Positions 38,314-46,731 of a DNA stretch of 64,000 nucleotides are shown piece after piece. The notes under the pieces were generated by a model. It was not told the DNA's origin, did no database searches, and was given only the letters and a program-made list of their open reading frames with translations. Source of the stretch: Acidobacteriota bacterium. Its GTDB lineage: Bacteria; Acidobacteriota; JAAYUB01. The DNA lies in NCBI GenBank assembly GCA_029565065.1, contig JAKQOW010000131.1, positions 6,901 to 70,900 on the forward strand, in the 5' to 3' direction. A program made the position numbers and the translations under genes. Within the stretch, counting starts at the first letter, position 1; every line of letters begins with the position of its first letter.

Positions 38314-38575
38314 ACGGTGAACGGTGAACAGTGAAGAGATAGGAGATAGGGGATAGGAGATTGGAGTGTCGAGTATAGGTGGGTTCGGGATTCGTAATCG
38401 TAATATGTAATCGTGATCGTAATCGAGGCTCAACCCTCGACCCTCAACCCTCAACCCTCGACCCTCAACCCTCAACCCTCGACCCTCAACCCTCAACCCT
38501 CGACCCTCGACCCTCGACCCTCAACCCTCGACCCTCAACCCTCAACCCTCAACCCTCAACCTCCACCCCCAATCC
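38305..38575. repeat. Heptanucleotide-periodic microsatellite tract of about 38 units, in successive blocks: (AACRGTG)x4, (AGGAGAT)x4, a CGTAAT/CGTGAT hexamer block, then about 19 copies of (R)ACCCTC
   Basis: Direct reading gives aacagtg aacggtg aacggtg aacagtg aagagat aggagat aggggat aggagat ... gtaatcgtgatcgtaatcg aggctc (aaccctc/gaccctc)x~19. It is intergenic between the hycI stop and the convergent NSS operon. Confidence 0.85.
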
Positions 38576-38778
38576 TTTTGTTCTCATCCGTGCGATCGGC
38601 GACTCGAGGCCTGGCCGCAGCGACTATCTTCAGTGGCGCGCGTTCGATGAACGCACGCCAGAAGTACCTCGGGCTAGAGGCCGCTAAGTACAGCGGGCCT
38701 CCGGTGAACGCTGCCAACTGGCGGGCAAATCTGTTGTGACGAAATATATCTGGGGCGAAGCGGGACAGGTGGCCGCGG

Positions 38779-39045
38779 TTATCGCACCACGGCGAAGATG
38801 ATGAAGAACACCAGCGCCAGGTTGATGGAGGCGATCCAGCTGTAGAAGAGGGGGCCCGTCCGGCCGGATTCGGCCCGGGTCACAGTGCGGTACCGATTGA
38901 GGTAGCTCGGGATCATCACCCGCAGCCAGATGAAGCTCACCCGCTCGCCGCGCCGGCGGAGCGCCTCGTAGAGGCACACGGCCGTCCCGACGGCCCACAG
39001 CGAGCACATCACACCCAAGCTCAGAAGAACTATTTGCGGGAACAT
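38779..39045 (-). CDS. Small membrane protein downstream of the NSS transporter (possible accessory/small subunit)
   Basis: The 88-aa product runs from ATG 39045 (MFPQIVLL...) with an AGGAGG RBS. It has two TM helices. It is co-oriented 108 nt downstream of the NSS gene. Confidence 0.5.
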   Translation of the reverse strand: MFPQIVLLSLGVMCSLWAVGTAVCLYEALRRRGERVSFIWLRVMIPSYLNRYRTVTRAESGRTGPLFYSWIASINLALVFFIIFAVVR

Positions 39046-39153
39046 GGCGGGCCTCCTGCACACCGTATCGTCGTCAAACCGATAGTTTGGCCAACCCGGC
39101 TCGGATAGCAGCGCTTGGGTCCAGTCGCCCGGCAAGACGGTGTGAGGGAGTCG

Positions 39154-40827
39154 TCAGGCGCCGTCGCTCTTGCGGCGCCAGGCCTTGTGGATCATCCAGA
39201 AGGTGATGCCGGCGAAGGCGGCCATGAGGATCCGGGCGCCCCAGAGGTACGGCTTGTCTGCCGCCGGCTTGCCGTCCATCAGCAGCTGGCCCACCGCTTC
39301 CTGCCACGTCCAGGTCGCGAGCAGCACCAGGATGTAGAGCGGGGTGATGTACTTGAGGATAAATTTGAAGATCCGCGGAACCCGCAGATCGGCCCCCTGA
39401 TGCATGTCCGCCCAGCTGCGCTCGATGCCGAAAATCCACGAAAAGATGACGATCTCGATGGCGGTGAGCACCACCAGGAAGAACGTGCCGGCCCAGAAGT
39501 CCAGCTCGTCCAAAAAGCCGTGGCGGAAGAACGCCACCACCAGCAGCGTGCTGAGGACGGCAATCCCCATGACCGTGTTGACGGCGCGCGGGCGGCGCCA
39601 GCCGAACTCGTCCTCGAGGAAGGCGACGGCCGGCTGGGCCAGCGCCACCGAGGTGGTGATGCCGGCGATGAAGAGCAGGCCGAACCACATCCCGCCGAAC
39701 AGCTCACCCATCGGGATTTGCTGGAAAATCACCGGCATGGTCTGGAAGCCCAGGTTGTAGGCGCCCTCGCCGGCGATGACCTGCGTCTCGGCCAGGCCGA
39801 AGAACGCCACGGCCACCGGGATGGCGATGGTGCCGCCCAGCACCACTTCGGCGCATTCGTTTGTCGAAGCCGTGCTCAGCCCGTTCAGGGTGACGTCATC
39901 CTGTTCCCGGAGGTACGACGCATACATGTTGATGGTGCCCTGGCCCAGGCTCAGGGTGAAGAAGATCTGTCCGGCGGCGGCCAGCCAGACCGACGCCTGG
40001 CCCAGCCGGCTCAGATCGGGGTTCCAGATGTAGGCCAGTCCCGTGGCAATACTCCAATCGGGCTGGGCCGGGTCGGGCGCGCCCAGGGTGAGCACCCGCA
40101 CCGCCAGGGCGATGCCGAACACGAAGAGCAGCGGCATGCCGATTTTTGCCAGCACCTCGATCCCCTTGGAAATGCCGCGGTAGAGGCAGAAGTAGTTGAT
40201 GGTCAGGGTCAGGGCCAGGAAGCCGAGCGCCGTCAGGATGGACGGGAAATCGGCGCTGGCCTCCACACCCTGGAAGCCGCGGAGGAACTCCCCCATGGCC
40301 GCGCGGTCGGTTTTGCCGGCGTAGCGGCCGGTCAGGGAGAACCAGGAGAACGCCATGCACCACGACTCGACGAACACGTAGTAGACCAGGATGGTGAACG
40401 GGGTCATGATCCCCAGAAAGCCGAGGTACTTGGCGGCCGGGTGCTTCCACATCGCGGCGAACATGCCGGGCGTGGTGCCGTGGCCGCGGACGCCGCCGTG
40501 GCGGCCGATGGTCCATTCCACCCACATCATCGGGATGCCCAGCAGCAGCAGGGCCAGAAAGTAGGGGATCATGAAGGCGCCGCCGCCGTTGTCAGCGGCC
40601 TGAACAGGAAAGCGCAGGAAATTGCCCAGGCCGATGGCGTTGCCCGCCATGGCCAGGATCAGTCCCACCCGGCTGGCCCACCGGTCACGGCCGGATTCGT
40701 CACCGGCGGCGAGCCCGCGCTTGCCCCCGAACAGGACGCGGGCGAAGCAGTACACCACCAGCGCGATGATCGCTCCCCACCCCAGGGTCAGGAACACCCA
40801 CCCGGCCGTGGTCAGTCCTTGGGCCAT
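39154..40827 (-). CDS. Neurotransmitter:sodium symporter (NSS/SNF, LeuT-like) family amino-acid transporter
   Basis: The N-terminus RVGLILAMAGNAIGLGNFLRFPVQAADNGGGAFMIPYFLALLLLGIPMMWVEWTIGRHGG matches LeuT TM1-TM2 nearly residue-for-residue. It has 12 TM helices. Confidence 0.9.
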   Translation of the reverse strand: MAQGLTTAGWVFLTLGWGAIIALVVYCFARVLFGGKRGLAAGDESGRDRWASRVGLILAMAGNAIGLGNFLRFPVQAADNGGGAFMIPYFLALLLLGIPMMWVEWTIGRHGGVRGHGTTPGMFAAMWKHPAAKYLGFLGIMTPFTILVYYVFVESWCMAFSWFSLTGRYAGKTDRAAMGEFLRGFQGVEASADFPSILTALGFLALTLTINYFCLYRGISKGIEVLAKIGMPLLFVFGIALAVRVLTLGAPDPAQPDWSIATGLAYIWNPDLSRLGQASVWLAAAGQIFFTLSLGQGTINMYASYLREQDDVTLNGLSTASTNECAEVVLGGTIAIPVAVAFFGLAETQVIAGEGAYNLGFQTMPVIFQQIPMGELFGGMWFGLLFIAGITTSVALAQPAVAFLEDEFGWRRPRAVNTVMGIAVLSTLLVVAFFRHGFLDELDFWAGTFFLVVLTAIEIVIFSWIFGIERSWADMHQGADLRVPRIFKFILKYITPLYILVLLATWTWQEAVGQLLMDGKPAADKPYLWGARILMAAFAGITFWMIHKAWRRKSDGA

Positions 40828-40867
40828 GATCCGTCGCCTCCGTGTGGGAATCGTGCGGCGCGGGCCG

Positions 40868-41473
40868 CTAGAAGTGGTAAATCAGCTTGTTGTTTTCTTC
40901 CGCCAGTTTGTTCTGGACGAACAGGGCGTCGATCAGCGTGTTGATCGTCGCTTCGGATTCCTTTTTCTGGAACAGGCCGTGGATGTGCTGATGCAAGGTC
41001 TTCCGGGTGCGGGGACGCCGGTTCTTGTGGATCTTCGACAGATTTTCCATCACTTTGTCCACCAACTCGTTGCTGAGGGTGAGCAACTCGCCCCGCTTGG
41101 ACAGCTCCAGGATGCTGTTGATGCGGCGGCAGGCGATGTGGTGCCGTTTCACGTAGCGGACCAGTGGATCGAATCCCGTGTCCTTCGACAGGATGATGAA
41201 GGACGCCGAGCGCTGGGCAGCGGCGCTGAGCCGGCCCAGGTAGAACGCGATGTGGAAGTCGAGGGCGTTCTTGCCGGTGCCGTCGATCTTCACCCATTCG
41301 ATGGAACCCCCGAATTCCTGGGCCGACCGGACCAGCTCGAAGGGGATCTTCTGCTGGCTTTCGCCCACGAAGATCTTGATCTCGACATCGCTGTCTTTCA
41401 GCGTCGGGAGATCGATGGTCTGGATGTTTTCGAAATCTATGAACAGAACGGTTTTTGCCATGCTCCGAATCAT
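40868..41473 (-). CDS. Hypothetical protein with N-terminal NYN/PIN-like nuclease-fold domain (tentative)
   Basis: An N-terminal TVLFIDFENIQ...IFVG...ILSKDTGFDPLV pattern resembles NYN/LabA-like domains. The gene has visibly lower GC than its neighbours and a TAG stop. The C-terminal helical region is unassigned. Confidence 0.45.
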   Translation of the reverse strand: MIRSMAKTVLFIDFENIQTIDLPTLKDSDVEIKIFVGESQQKIPFELVRSAQEFGGSIEWVKIDGTGKNALDFHIAFYLGRLSAAAQRSASFIILSKDTGFDPLVRYVKRHHIACRRINSILELSKRGELLTLSNELVDKVMENLSKIHKNRRPRTRKTLHQHIHGLFQKKESEATINTLIDALFVQNKLAEENNKLIYHF

Positions 41474-41557
41474 ACCATCATCACGGGAGATTGGCGAGAC
41501 GAGTCTGCGGGGTGCAGACGATCGCCCCGACGGTCGGCGCGACCAGCGGGACCGGGA

Positions 41558-41950
41558 TCATTTCTTGGTTTCGGCAAGCACCTGGCGGACGGTCGTGACC
41601 AGGACTTCCGGTGAGACCGGCTTTTCCAGAAAACGGCTCACGGGCAGCCACTTTTTGTCTTCCTCGCGGGAAAACTTCCATTTGTCGCTCATGTAGTCGC
41701 GCACGCACGTGAGCATGATCACCGGCACGTTGGGAAACTTGATGTCGATGTCGCGCGAAAGGTCGAAGCCGGAATCAAAATCCTCCATCATGCAGTCCAG
41801 CAGCATCACGTCCGGGGTGCCCTGATGCAGCACATCCCAGGCTTGCTTGGCGGAGAACGCCGGTGTGACCGTGAATCCCTCGGCTTCCAAGACCATGGTG
41901 ACGGCATCCACAAAATCACGATCATCATCGACCAGCAGGATGTTGGCCAT
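41558..41950 (-). CDS. Single-domain response regulator (CheY-like receiver)
   Basis: The ATG is at 41950 (MANILLVDDD...) with a GGAGGG RBS. The phospho-acceptor D (MLLDCMM), the conserved T (IMLTC) and K (LEKP) are present. The track ORF is over-extended upstream. Confidence 0.85.
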   Translation of the reverse strand: MANILLVDDDRDFVDAVTMVLEAEGFTVTPAFSAKQAWDVLHQGTPDVMLLDCMMEDFDSGFDLSRDIDIKFPNVPVIMLTCVRDYMSDKWKFSREEDKKWLPVSRFLEKPVSPEVLVTTVRQVLAETKK

Positions 41951-42081
41951 CAAGTCCCTCCAAATATCAGGTGTTGGCACACATTCTAGCAGAATGCATC
42001 GAGTCTGGCAATTCGGACGCATCGCCCGGCGGATCGGCGACAGCCCAAACCCGGCGGGCAGCCGCTGTCCGCCACCGGCGG

Positions 42082-42624
42082 TCAGACGGGCGGGCGGTCG
42101 AAAAAGGGATTCTTGGCCGTTGCCGAGAGCGGGATGCCGTAGATGACGGCTGCATCCGGCCCCAGCCAGCCCAGCTCCTTGACCGCCTGGCCGATGGTGT
42201 ACATGACCCGGGAGTCCATCCGATGGTCGGCGGCCACGCCCACGGCGGAACCCACCGCGATCCCGAGATCGCCGGTGTTGAACACGCACGGCACACCCGG
42301 ATGCTCCGCCTTGGACTCGCAGTCGGGGAATCCGCACATGCCGCAGATCTTCAGGCCGAATGGGGCGATCCGGGTGCCCAGCAGCACGACGGCGTCGGCG
42401 TGGGCGAGGTTGCCTGCGTCCCGTTCGAAAAAGGCCACGCCGCGGCGTCGGCCGAGGGCCCGCATCGTCTCGGCCAGCACGGCGATCTCGTCGCCGTCCA
42501 CCACCGCGGCGAGCAGGTTGTCGATGCCACGGCCCTTGGGAGCGGTTCGGGCGGCCACCAGCATGGCTCGTGCGGTCTCGAGCACGCGGGTTCGACGGAT
42601 CGAGTCATAGGTATACAGTGCCAT
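42082..42624 (-). CDS. Ferredoxin-domain protein (DUF2148-like; CGxCGFxxC motif)
   Basis: The 180-aa product has ICGMCGFPDC plus downstream VPCVFNTGDLGIAVGSAV, matching my recollection of the DUF2148 family. Confidence 0.55.
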   Translation of the reverse strand: MALYTYDSIRRTRVLETARAMLVAARTAPKGRGIDNLLAAVVDGDEIAVLAETMRALGRRRGVAFFERDAGNLAHADAVVLLGTRIAPFGLKICGMCGFPDCESKAEHPGVPCVFNTGDLGIAVGSAVGVAADHRMDSRVMYTIGQAVKELGWLGPDAAVIYGIPLSATAKNPFFDRPPV

Positions 42625-42678
42625 CAGTCCTCCTTGGGGTGTCCGGATCCGGATGTCACCGGCGCGGCGGCGGTTCCA

Positions 42679-43785
42679 TCACGGCAGCGGCGGTTTCGGG
42701 CGGGAGTAGTACGCCTGCCGCAGCGCCTCGACGAGGCGGCGGTCCACCAACCCGCGGGCGTTCCCTTCGTACTCCAGACCGCGGGCCTTGCGGAACGCGT
42801 CAACGGCCTCCATGGCTTCGTCGTCGTAGAGCGCGAAGGCGGTGTCGAACGCTTCGCGGCGGGCGCGGAAGGCCGCCAGCCGCTCCTCGTATGCCTTCGG
42901 GTCGCTGGTGCGAAGCGACTCGGGGATGTCGTACTGCGGCGGGTCGGGGAACGCGGCCAGCTCCTTGCGCCAGAACCCGAGCGCATGGAGCATCCGCTTG
43001 AGTTCGATGACGTCGCTGCCCCGGATTTCAGAAAACTCCCGCCAGCCGAGGCGGCCGGACGTCCGATAATAGATCCGCTTCAGCTCCTGGACCGGCTCGG
43101 GGTGTTCGCCCACCTCGATGGCCAGGCTGATGTGGTCGCCGCCCCGGCCGGGGTGGTTCGGGTCGGCCACCTTGACTGCGGCCGACTGGAACAGGCCCCA
43201 CCGCTTGTCGCCGCCTCGGGCCTGGCCGGCCTCCAGGGCCAGAATCAGGCGCTCTGCCAGCGGCATCCCGGTCCCCTCGGTCTGTTCGAAAAAGTCGGCT
43301 ACCGCGGCCACCACCTCGGGTCCCACCATGATGTTGGCCTGGACGGTGTAGTTCTTGCCCTGCCGGTCGCCGGCCCAGGCGCCGCACGCGGCGCCGGTGA
43401 ACGCGGCCGCTTCGCCCTTCATGTTGATGAGGCCGAGCTGCCGCCGGTCGGCGCCCACATCATCGGCCAGCAGCCGGCGGATCGCCTCGGCGGGCGGGAC
43501 GCCGTCTTTGAGCAGGTCCAGCCCGCGACGGCCGTACTCCACGACCGTCCACGACTGGGTGGCCGCGGCGCCGACTCCGGCCTCGACCCACGGCACCGCC
43601 CGGCCTACGAAAGCGACTCGGGTGGTGACGGCGGCGCCGCTCTCGCCGGTGGCCGGATCGATGGCGCAGATTGAGAAGGTGGCGAACAGGGTTTCATCCG
43701 TGGGATGAGCCGGCGCCGGCGTGGCGGCGCCCAGGCCGATCAGTGCGGCCCATGCGGCGCCCAGGATCAGGCTGCGTGGGATCAT
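42679..43785 (-). CDS. Secreted DUF1028 (Ntn-hydrolase-like) protein with C-terminal peptidoglycan-binding-like domain
   Basis: It has a signal peptide from ATG 43785 with a GGAGG RBS. The mature N-terminus ...FSICAIDPATGESGAAVTT resembles the DUF1028 start (TFSIVARDPETGE). The C-terminus has a PG_binding_1-like helix pair (VIELKRMLHALGF...). The track ORF is over-extended. Confidence 0.6.
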   Translation of the reverse strand: MIPRSLILGAAWAALIGLGAATPAPAHPTDETLFATFSICAIDPATGESGAAVTTRVAFVGRAVPWVEAGVGAAATQSWTVVEYGRRGLDLLKDGVPPAEAIRRLLADDVGADRRQLGLINMKGEAAAFTGAACGAWAGDRQGKNYTVQANIMVGPEVVAAVADFFEQTEGTGMPLAERLILALEAGQARGGDKRWGLFQSAAVKVADPNHPGRGGDHISLAIEVGEHPEPVQELKRIYYRTSGRLGWREFSEIRGSDVIELKRMLHALGFWRKELAAFPDPPQYDIPESLRTSDPKAYEERLAAFRARREAFDTAFALYDDEAMEAVDAFRKARGLEYEGNARGLVDRRLVEALRQAYYSRPKPPLP

Positions 43786-43930
43786 GCGGCCTCCTTGACG
43801 GATTTCGCCTCTACCATACCCCGGCGCCGGTTTCCCGGCAAGGGCAAACAGGTGGCGGTGTATGCGGCGGCGGGTTTCGCCGGCGAGCTCCTTGGGGTAC
43901 AATCGGCAGGACAGCCGCCGGTGAGCGGAC

Positions 43931-45637
43931 GTGCATCACCCGGAGGCCAAACCCCAAGGAGGTGCGACCGTGCGCATGTCGGAAATGTTGGCCCGGCCGG
44001 CCAAGGAGGCGCCCAAGGGAGCCACCCTGGCGTCGCACCGTCTGCTGGTCCAAGGCGGCTTTGTGCGCGAGACGGCGCCCGGGCTGTTCGCCGCACTGCC
44101 CCTGGGGCGGCAGGTGGCGGCACGGGCCGAAGCACTTGCCCGGGCGGCCGGGGCGGAACGCGGTCTGGTGGAGCTGGAGCTGCCGGCGTTGCAGGATGCG
44201 TCGGGCTCGGCGCCGGATCACGGGGGCTTCATCCTGAGAGACCGCCGGGGAGCCGAGCTGCGCCTGGGGGGAAATCCCGCGGCAGCCCTGCTCCGGCTCG
44301 CGGCTCGGGAAATCAATTCGTACAAACAGCTCCCCCGCCGCTTCAGCCAGATCGGCGTCCGGTTCCGGGACGGCTACCGCGCCCGGTCCGGCCTGTTTGA
44401 GGCGCGGGAGAGCCGCGAGTTTCGGGCTTGGGGGCTGGCGCTGGAACCGAACCACCTGGACGAGGTGACCCTTGCCTATCGATCCATCGTGGCGGACGTG
44501 GCGGTCGCCGCCGGCGTGGACGGCCGCTGGATCGATGACGGAACGGGGACGGCCGTCTGGGTCGTCAGTCTGGCTGAGGGTCCGGAGCGCATCCTGAGCT
44601 GTCCGGCTTGCGGCTACGCCGCGCGGGCCGAGACTGCCGAATCCCGGCTGTCGCACCCACCGCAGGACGCCGCGTGGCGCCCCATGGAAATGGTCTGCGG
44701 CCCGGGGCTGATCCAGCCGGCGCCGTTGGCCGAGTTTCTGGGCATCCCGGTCTGGCTGACGACCAAATTACTCCTGTTCCTGGCCGACGGCCGGCCGGTG
44801 GCGGTGATGGTGCGGGGCGACTGCGATGTGAGCGAGACGAAGGTCCGGCGCCGTCTGGGGGGCGGCCGGCTGGAATTGGCCCCTCCGGAGACGGTCCAGG
44901 CGCTCACCGGCGCCGAGGTGGGCTACGCCGGCCCCATCGGCCTAGCGGCCGACGTGCAGATCCTGGCGGACGCGCAGACCCGGGATCGTGTCAACTTCGA
45001 GTGCGGCGCCAATCGCACCGACCATCACCTCATCTGCGTCAATTTTGATCGCGACCTGCCCCGGCCGGAATTCGGCGACTATGCCGCCGCGGCGGCCGGG
45101 CACGGGTGCCCGCGCTGCGACGCGGGCCGGCTCGCCGACGGCGTCGCGGCGGTGATCGCCCGGGTGACGGGTTCGGGCGCGGCGCCGGCGGATCCGGACG
45201 GGCCGACGTGCCTGGATCAGGAGGGGAGATCCCGGTCCATCGGATGGGTTCAGCTGTCCCTGGATCTCACCGCGCTTGTCGCCGCCGCCGTGGAGCAACA
45301 TCACACTGCCGCCGGCATCGTCTGGCCCCGCGCTTTGGCACCGGCCGCGGTGCACCTGGTGGCACTCAACCTGGAGGACGTCGAGGTGGCGTATGCCGCG
45401 GCGGCGCTGTACACCGCGCTGCGGGCGGACGGAATCCCGGTGCTGTTCGACGACCGCGACGCCCGCGCCGGCGACAAGTTCGCCGGTGCCGACATGCTCG
45501 GCCTGCCGGTGGTCCTGACCCTGAGCCGGCGCACCCACCAGGCGGGCGAACTGGAGCTGCGGATCCGCGGCGGCGAGCGCGAGACGCTCCCCCGCGAGGA
45601 GGCGCTGGGCCGGCTGCGGATGCACCTCGGCGCCTGA
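43931..45637 (+). CDS. Prolyl-tRNA synthetase-like paralog: intact INS editing and anticodon-binding domains, degenerate class II motifs 1-3
   Basis: It aligns along its full length to bacterial ProRS (...SHRLLVQGGFVRE..., INSYKQLP, FRD..., the INS region MVRGDCDVSETK...GANRTDHHLICVNFDRDL, and a C-terminal ...IVWPRALAPAAVHLVAL...LFDDRDARAGDKFA...). But LGPTHEE becomes LGGNPAA, FRDEvRPRfGvmRsREFlMKDAYSF becomes FRDGYRARSGLFEARESREFRAWGLALE, and GCYGIGVSR is lost. The start may be GTG/ATG about 40 nt downstream, after GGAGG. Confidence 0.75.
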   Translation: MHHPEAKPQGGATVRMSEMLARPAKEAPKGATLASHRLLVQGGFVRETAPGLFAALPLGRQVAARAEALARAAGAERGLVELELPALQDASGSAPDHGGFILRDRRGAELRLGGNPAAALLRLAAREINSYKQLPRRFSQIGVRFRDGYRARSGLFEARESREFRAWGLALEPNHLDEVTLAYRSIVADVAVAAGVDGRWIDDGTGTAVWVVSLAEGPERILSCPACGYAARAETAESRLSHPPQDAAWRPMEMVCGPGLIQPAPLAEFLGIPVWLTTKLLLFLADGRPVAVMVRGDCDVSETKVRRRLGGGRLELAPPETVQALTGAEVGYAGPIGLAADVQILADAQTRDRVNFECGANRTDHHLICVNFDRDLPRPEFGDYAAAAAGHGCPRCDAGRLADGVAAVIARVTGSGAAPADPDGPTCLDQEGRSRSIGWVQLSLDLTALVAAAVEQHHTAAGIVWPRALAPAAVHLVALNLEDVEVAYAAAALYTALRADGIPVLFDDRDARAGDKFAGADMLGLPVVLTLSRRTHQAGELELRIRGGERETLPREEALGRLRMHLGA

Positions 45638-45747
45638 GAGGCGCTGGACGGCCGGCAAAGAAAATCACCAAAGGGGCTGGTGATTTTGAAACGTCTGACG
45701 GATAATTGACTCTATTTCTTGGACCGAATCTATCGGGAGGAACATCC

Positions 45748-46506
45748 ATGCGTGGAAAGTTGATCGTCGTCACCTGCCTGATCGCCGCTCTCACCCTGAC
45801 GCTGGCCGCTGCCGGTTTCTGGGAGAAGAAACCGTATACCCAGTGGTCGGAGAAGGATGCGCGCAAGATGCTGGAGAAGTCACCGTGGTGTTACGAGTTC
45901 AACTGGGGGCGGCAGAGCAATATCGGTTCGGACGTGACCGGACCGTCGATCGGTTCAGTGCCCAGCCCGACCAGCACCCCGGCCGATGACAGCCGGGGCG
46001 TCACCGACGCCGAACGGGAATTCATCACCATCGTGCGGGTCATGCTGTTCTCCTCCCGGCCCATCCGCCAGGCGTACGCCACCCTCATCGCCAAGGGTGA
46101 CAAGGCCCGGCTGGAAAAACTGAAGGATTTCGCCGAACGCGATTTCGGCGACGAGATCGTCATCGCCTGGGTGATCGATTCCAAGCCGAAGGGCGCGACC
46201 TCGGTCTTCGACCTGGACCGCCAGCTCCGCGCCCTGGCGGTGGGCGAATTGGCCAATGATACCTTCATCGCCAGCAGCAGCGGCAAAAAGGTGTACATCA
46301 AGGATTTCATCCCGCCGACGAGCGACGGCACCGGCGCCAAGTTCGTCTTTCCGCGGACGATGCCCGACGGCACGCCGTTCCTCACCGCCGCCGACAAGAG
46401 TTTCCGCTTCCAGACGCGGAAGTTCAAGATGAAGGATGACGCGGTTGCGGTGGACGCCACCTTCAAGGTGGAGGACCTCCAACTGGCCGGTCAGCTCGAG
46501 TATTAA
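45748..46506 (+). CDS. Secreted protein of unknown function, paralog A of a tandem pair
   Basis: It has a GGGAGG RBS and a signal peptide. Conserved blocks YWEKKPYTQWSEKDARKML, TIVRVMLFSSRP, KDFAERDFGDEIVIAWV and GTGAKFVFPR are present. It is about 65-70% identical to the next gene. Confidence 0.7.
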   Translation: MRGKLIVVTCLIAALTLTLAAAGFWEKKPYTQWSEKDARKMLEKSPWCYEFNWGRQSNIGSDVTGPSIGSVPSPTSTPADDSRGVTDAEREFITIVRVMLFSSRPIRQAYATLIAKGDKARLEKLKDFAERDFGDEIVIAWVIDSKPKGATSVFDLDRQLRALAVGELANDTFIASSSGKKVYIKDFIPPTSDGTGAKFVFPRTMPDGTPFLTAADKSFRFQTRKFKMKDDAVAVDATFKVEDLQLAGQLEY

Positions 46507-46731
46507 GCCTTCGGTACGCATCCGCAGATCGCATTCGAGCATTCAACGCCATCGGTGTCGGGCGAGTGTCCCGGCGCCGGTGGCGCTTTGGTCTGCCGAC
46601 CGGCTACGACGCCTTCGGCGACAACCTGAGGTTTCTTGAATCCGCGCGTCACCGGGAGACGTATAATGCATCTTGACCATTGGTGGGAACCGCGCCGAGC
46701 GGTTCAATTGCCCAAAGGAGGAACAAGCGTC

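Noticed and set aside
38400-38575. Tandem repeat array as a possible CRISPR array
   Set aside because: The units are 7 nt and contiguous with no unique spacers. The region has no cas genes.
38379-38739. ORFs 38379..38687(+) and 38413..38739(+), translating the heptamer repeat as PSTLNPQ/PSTLDPQ peptide repeats
   Set aside because: There is no RBS or credible start. The repeat gives ORFs in several frames simply because the unit lacks stop codons. It lies in a terminator zone between convergent operons.
39115-41614. Long plus-strand ORFs 39115..40944 and 40622..41614 across the NSS and NYN genes
   Set aside because: They are antisense shadows of strongly supported minus-strand genes.
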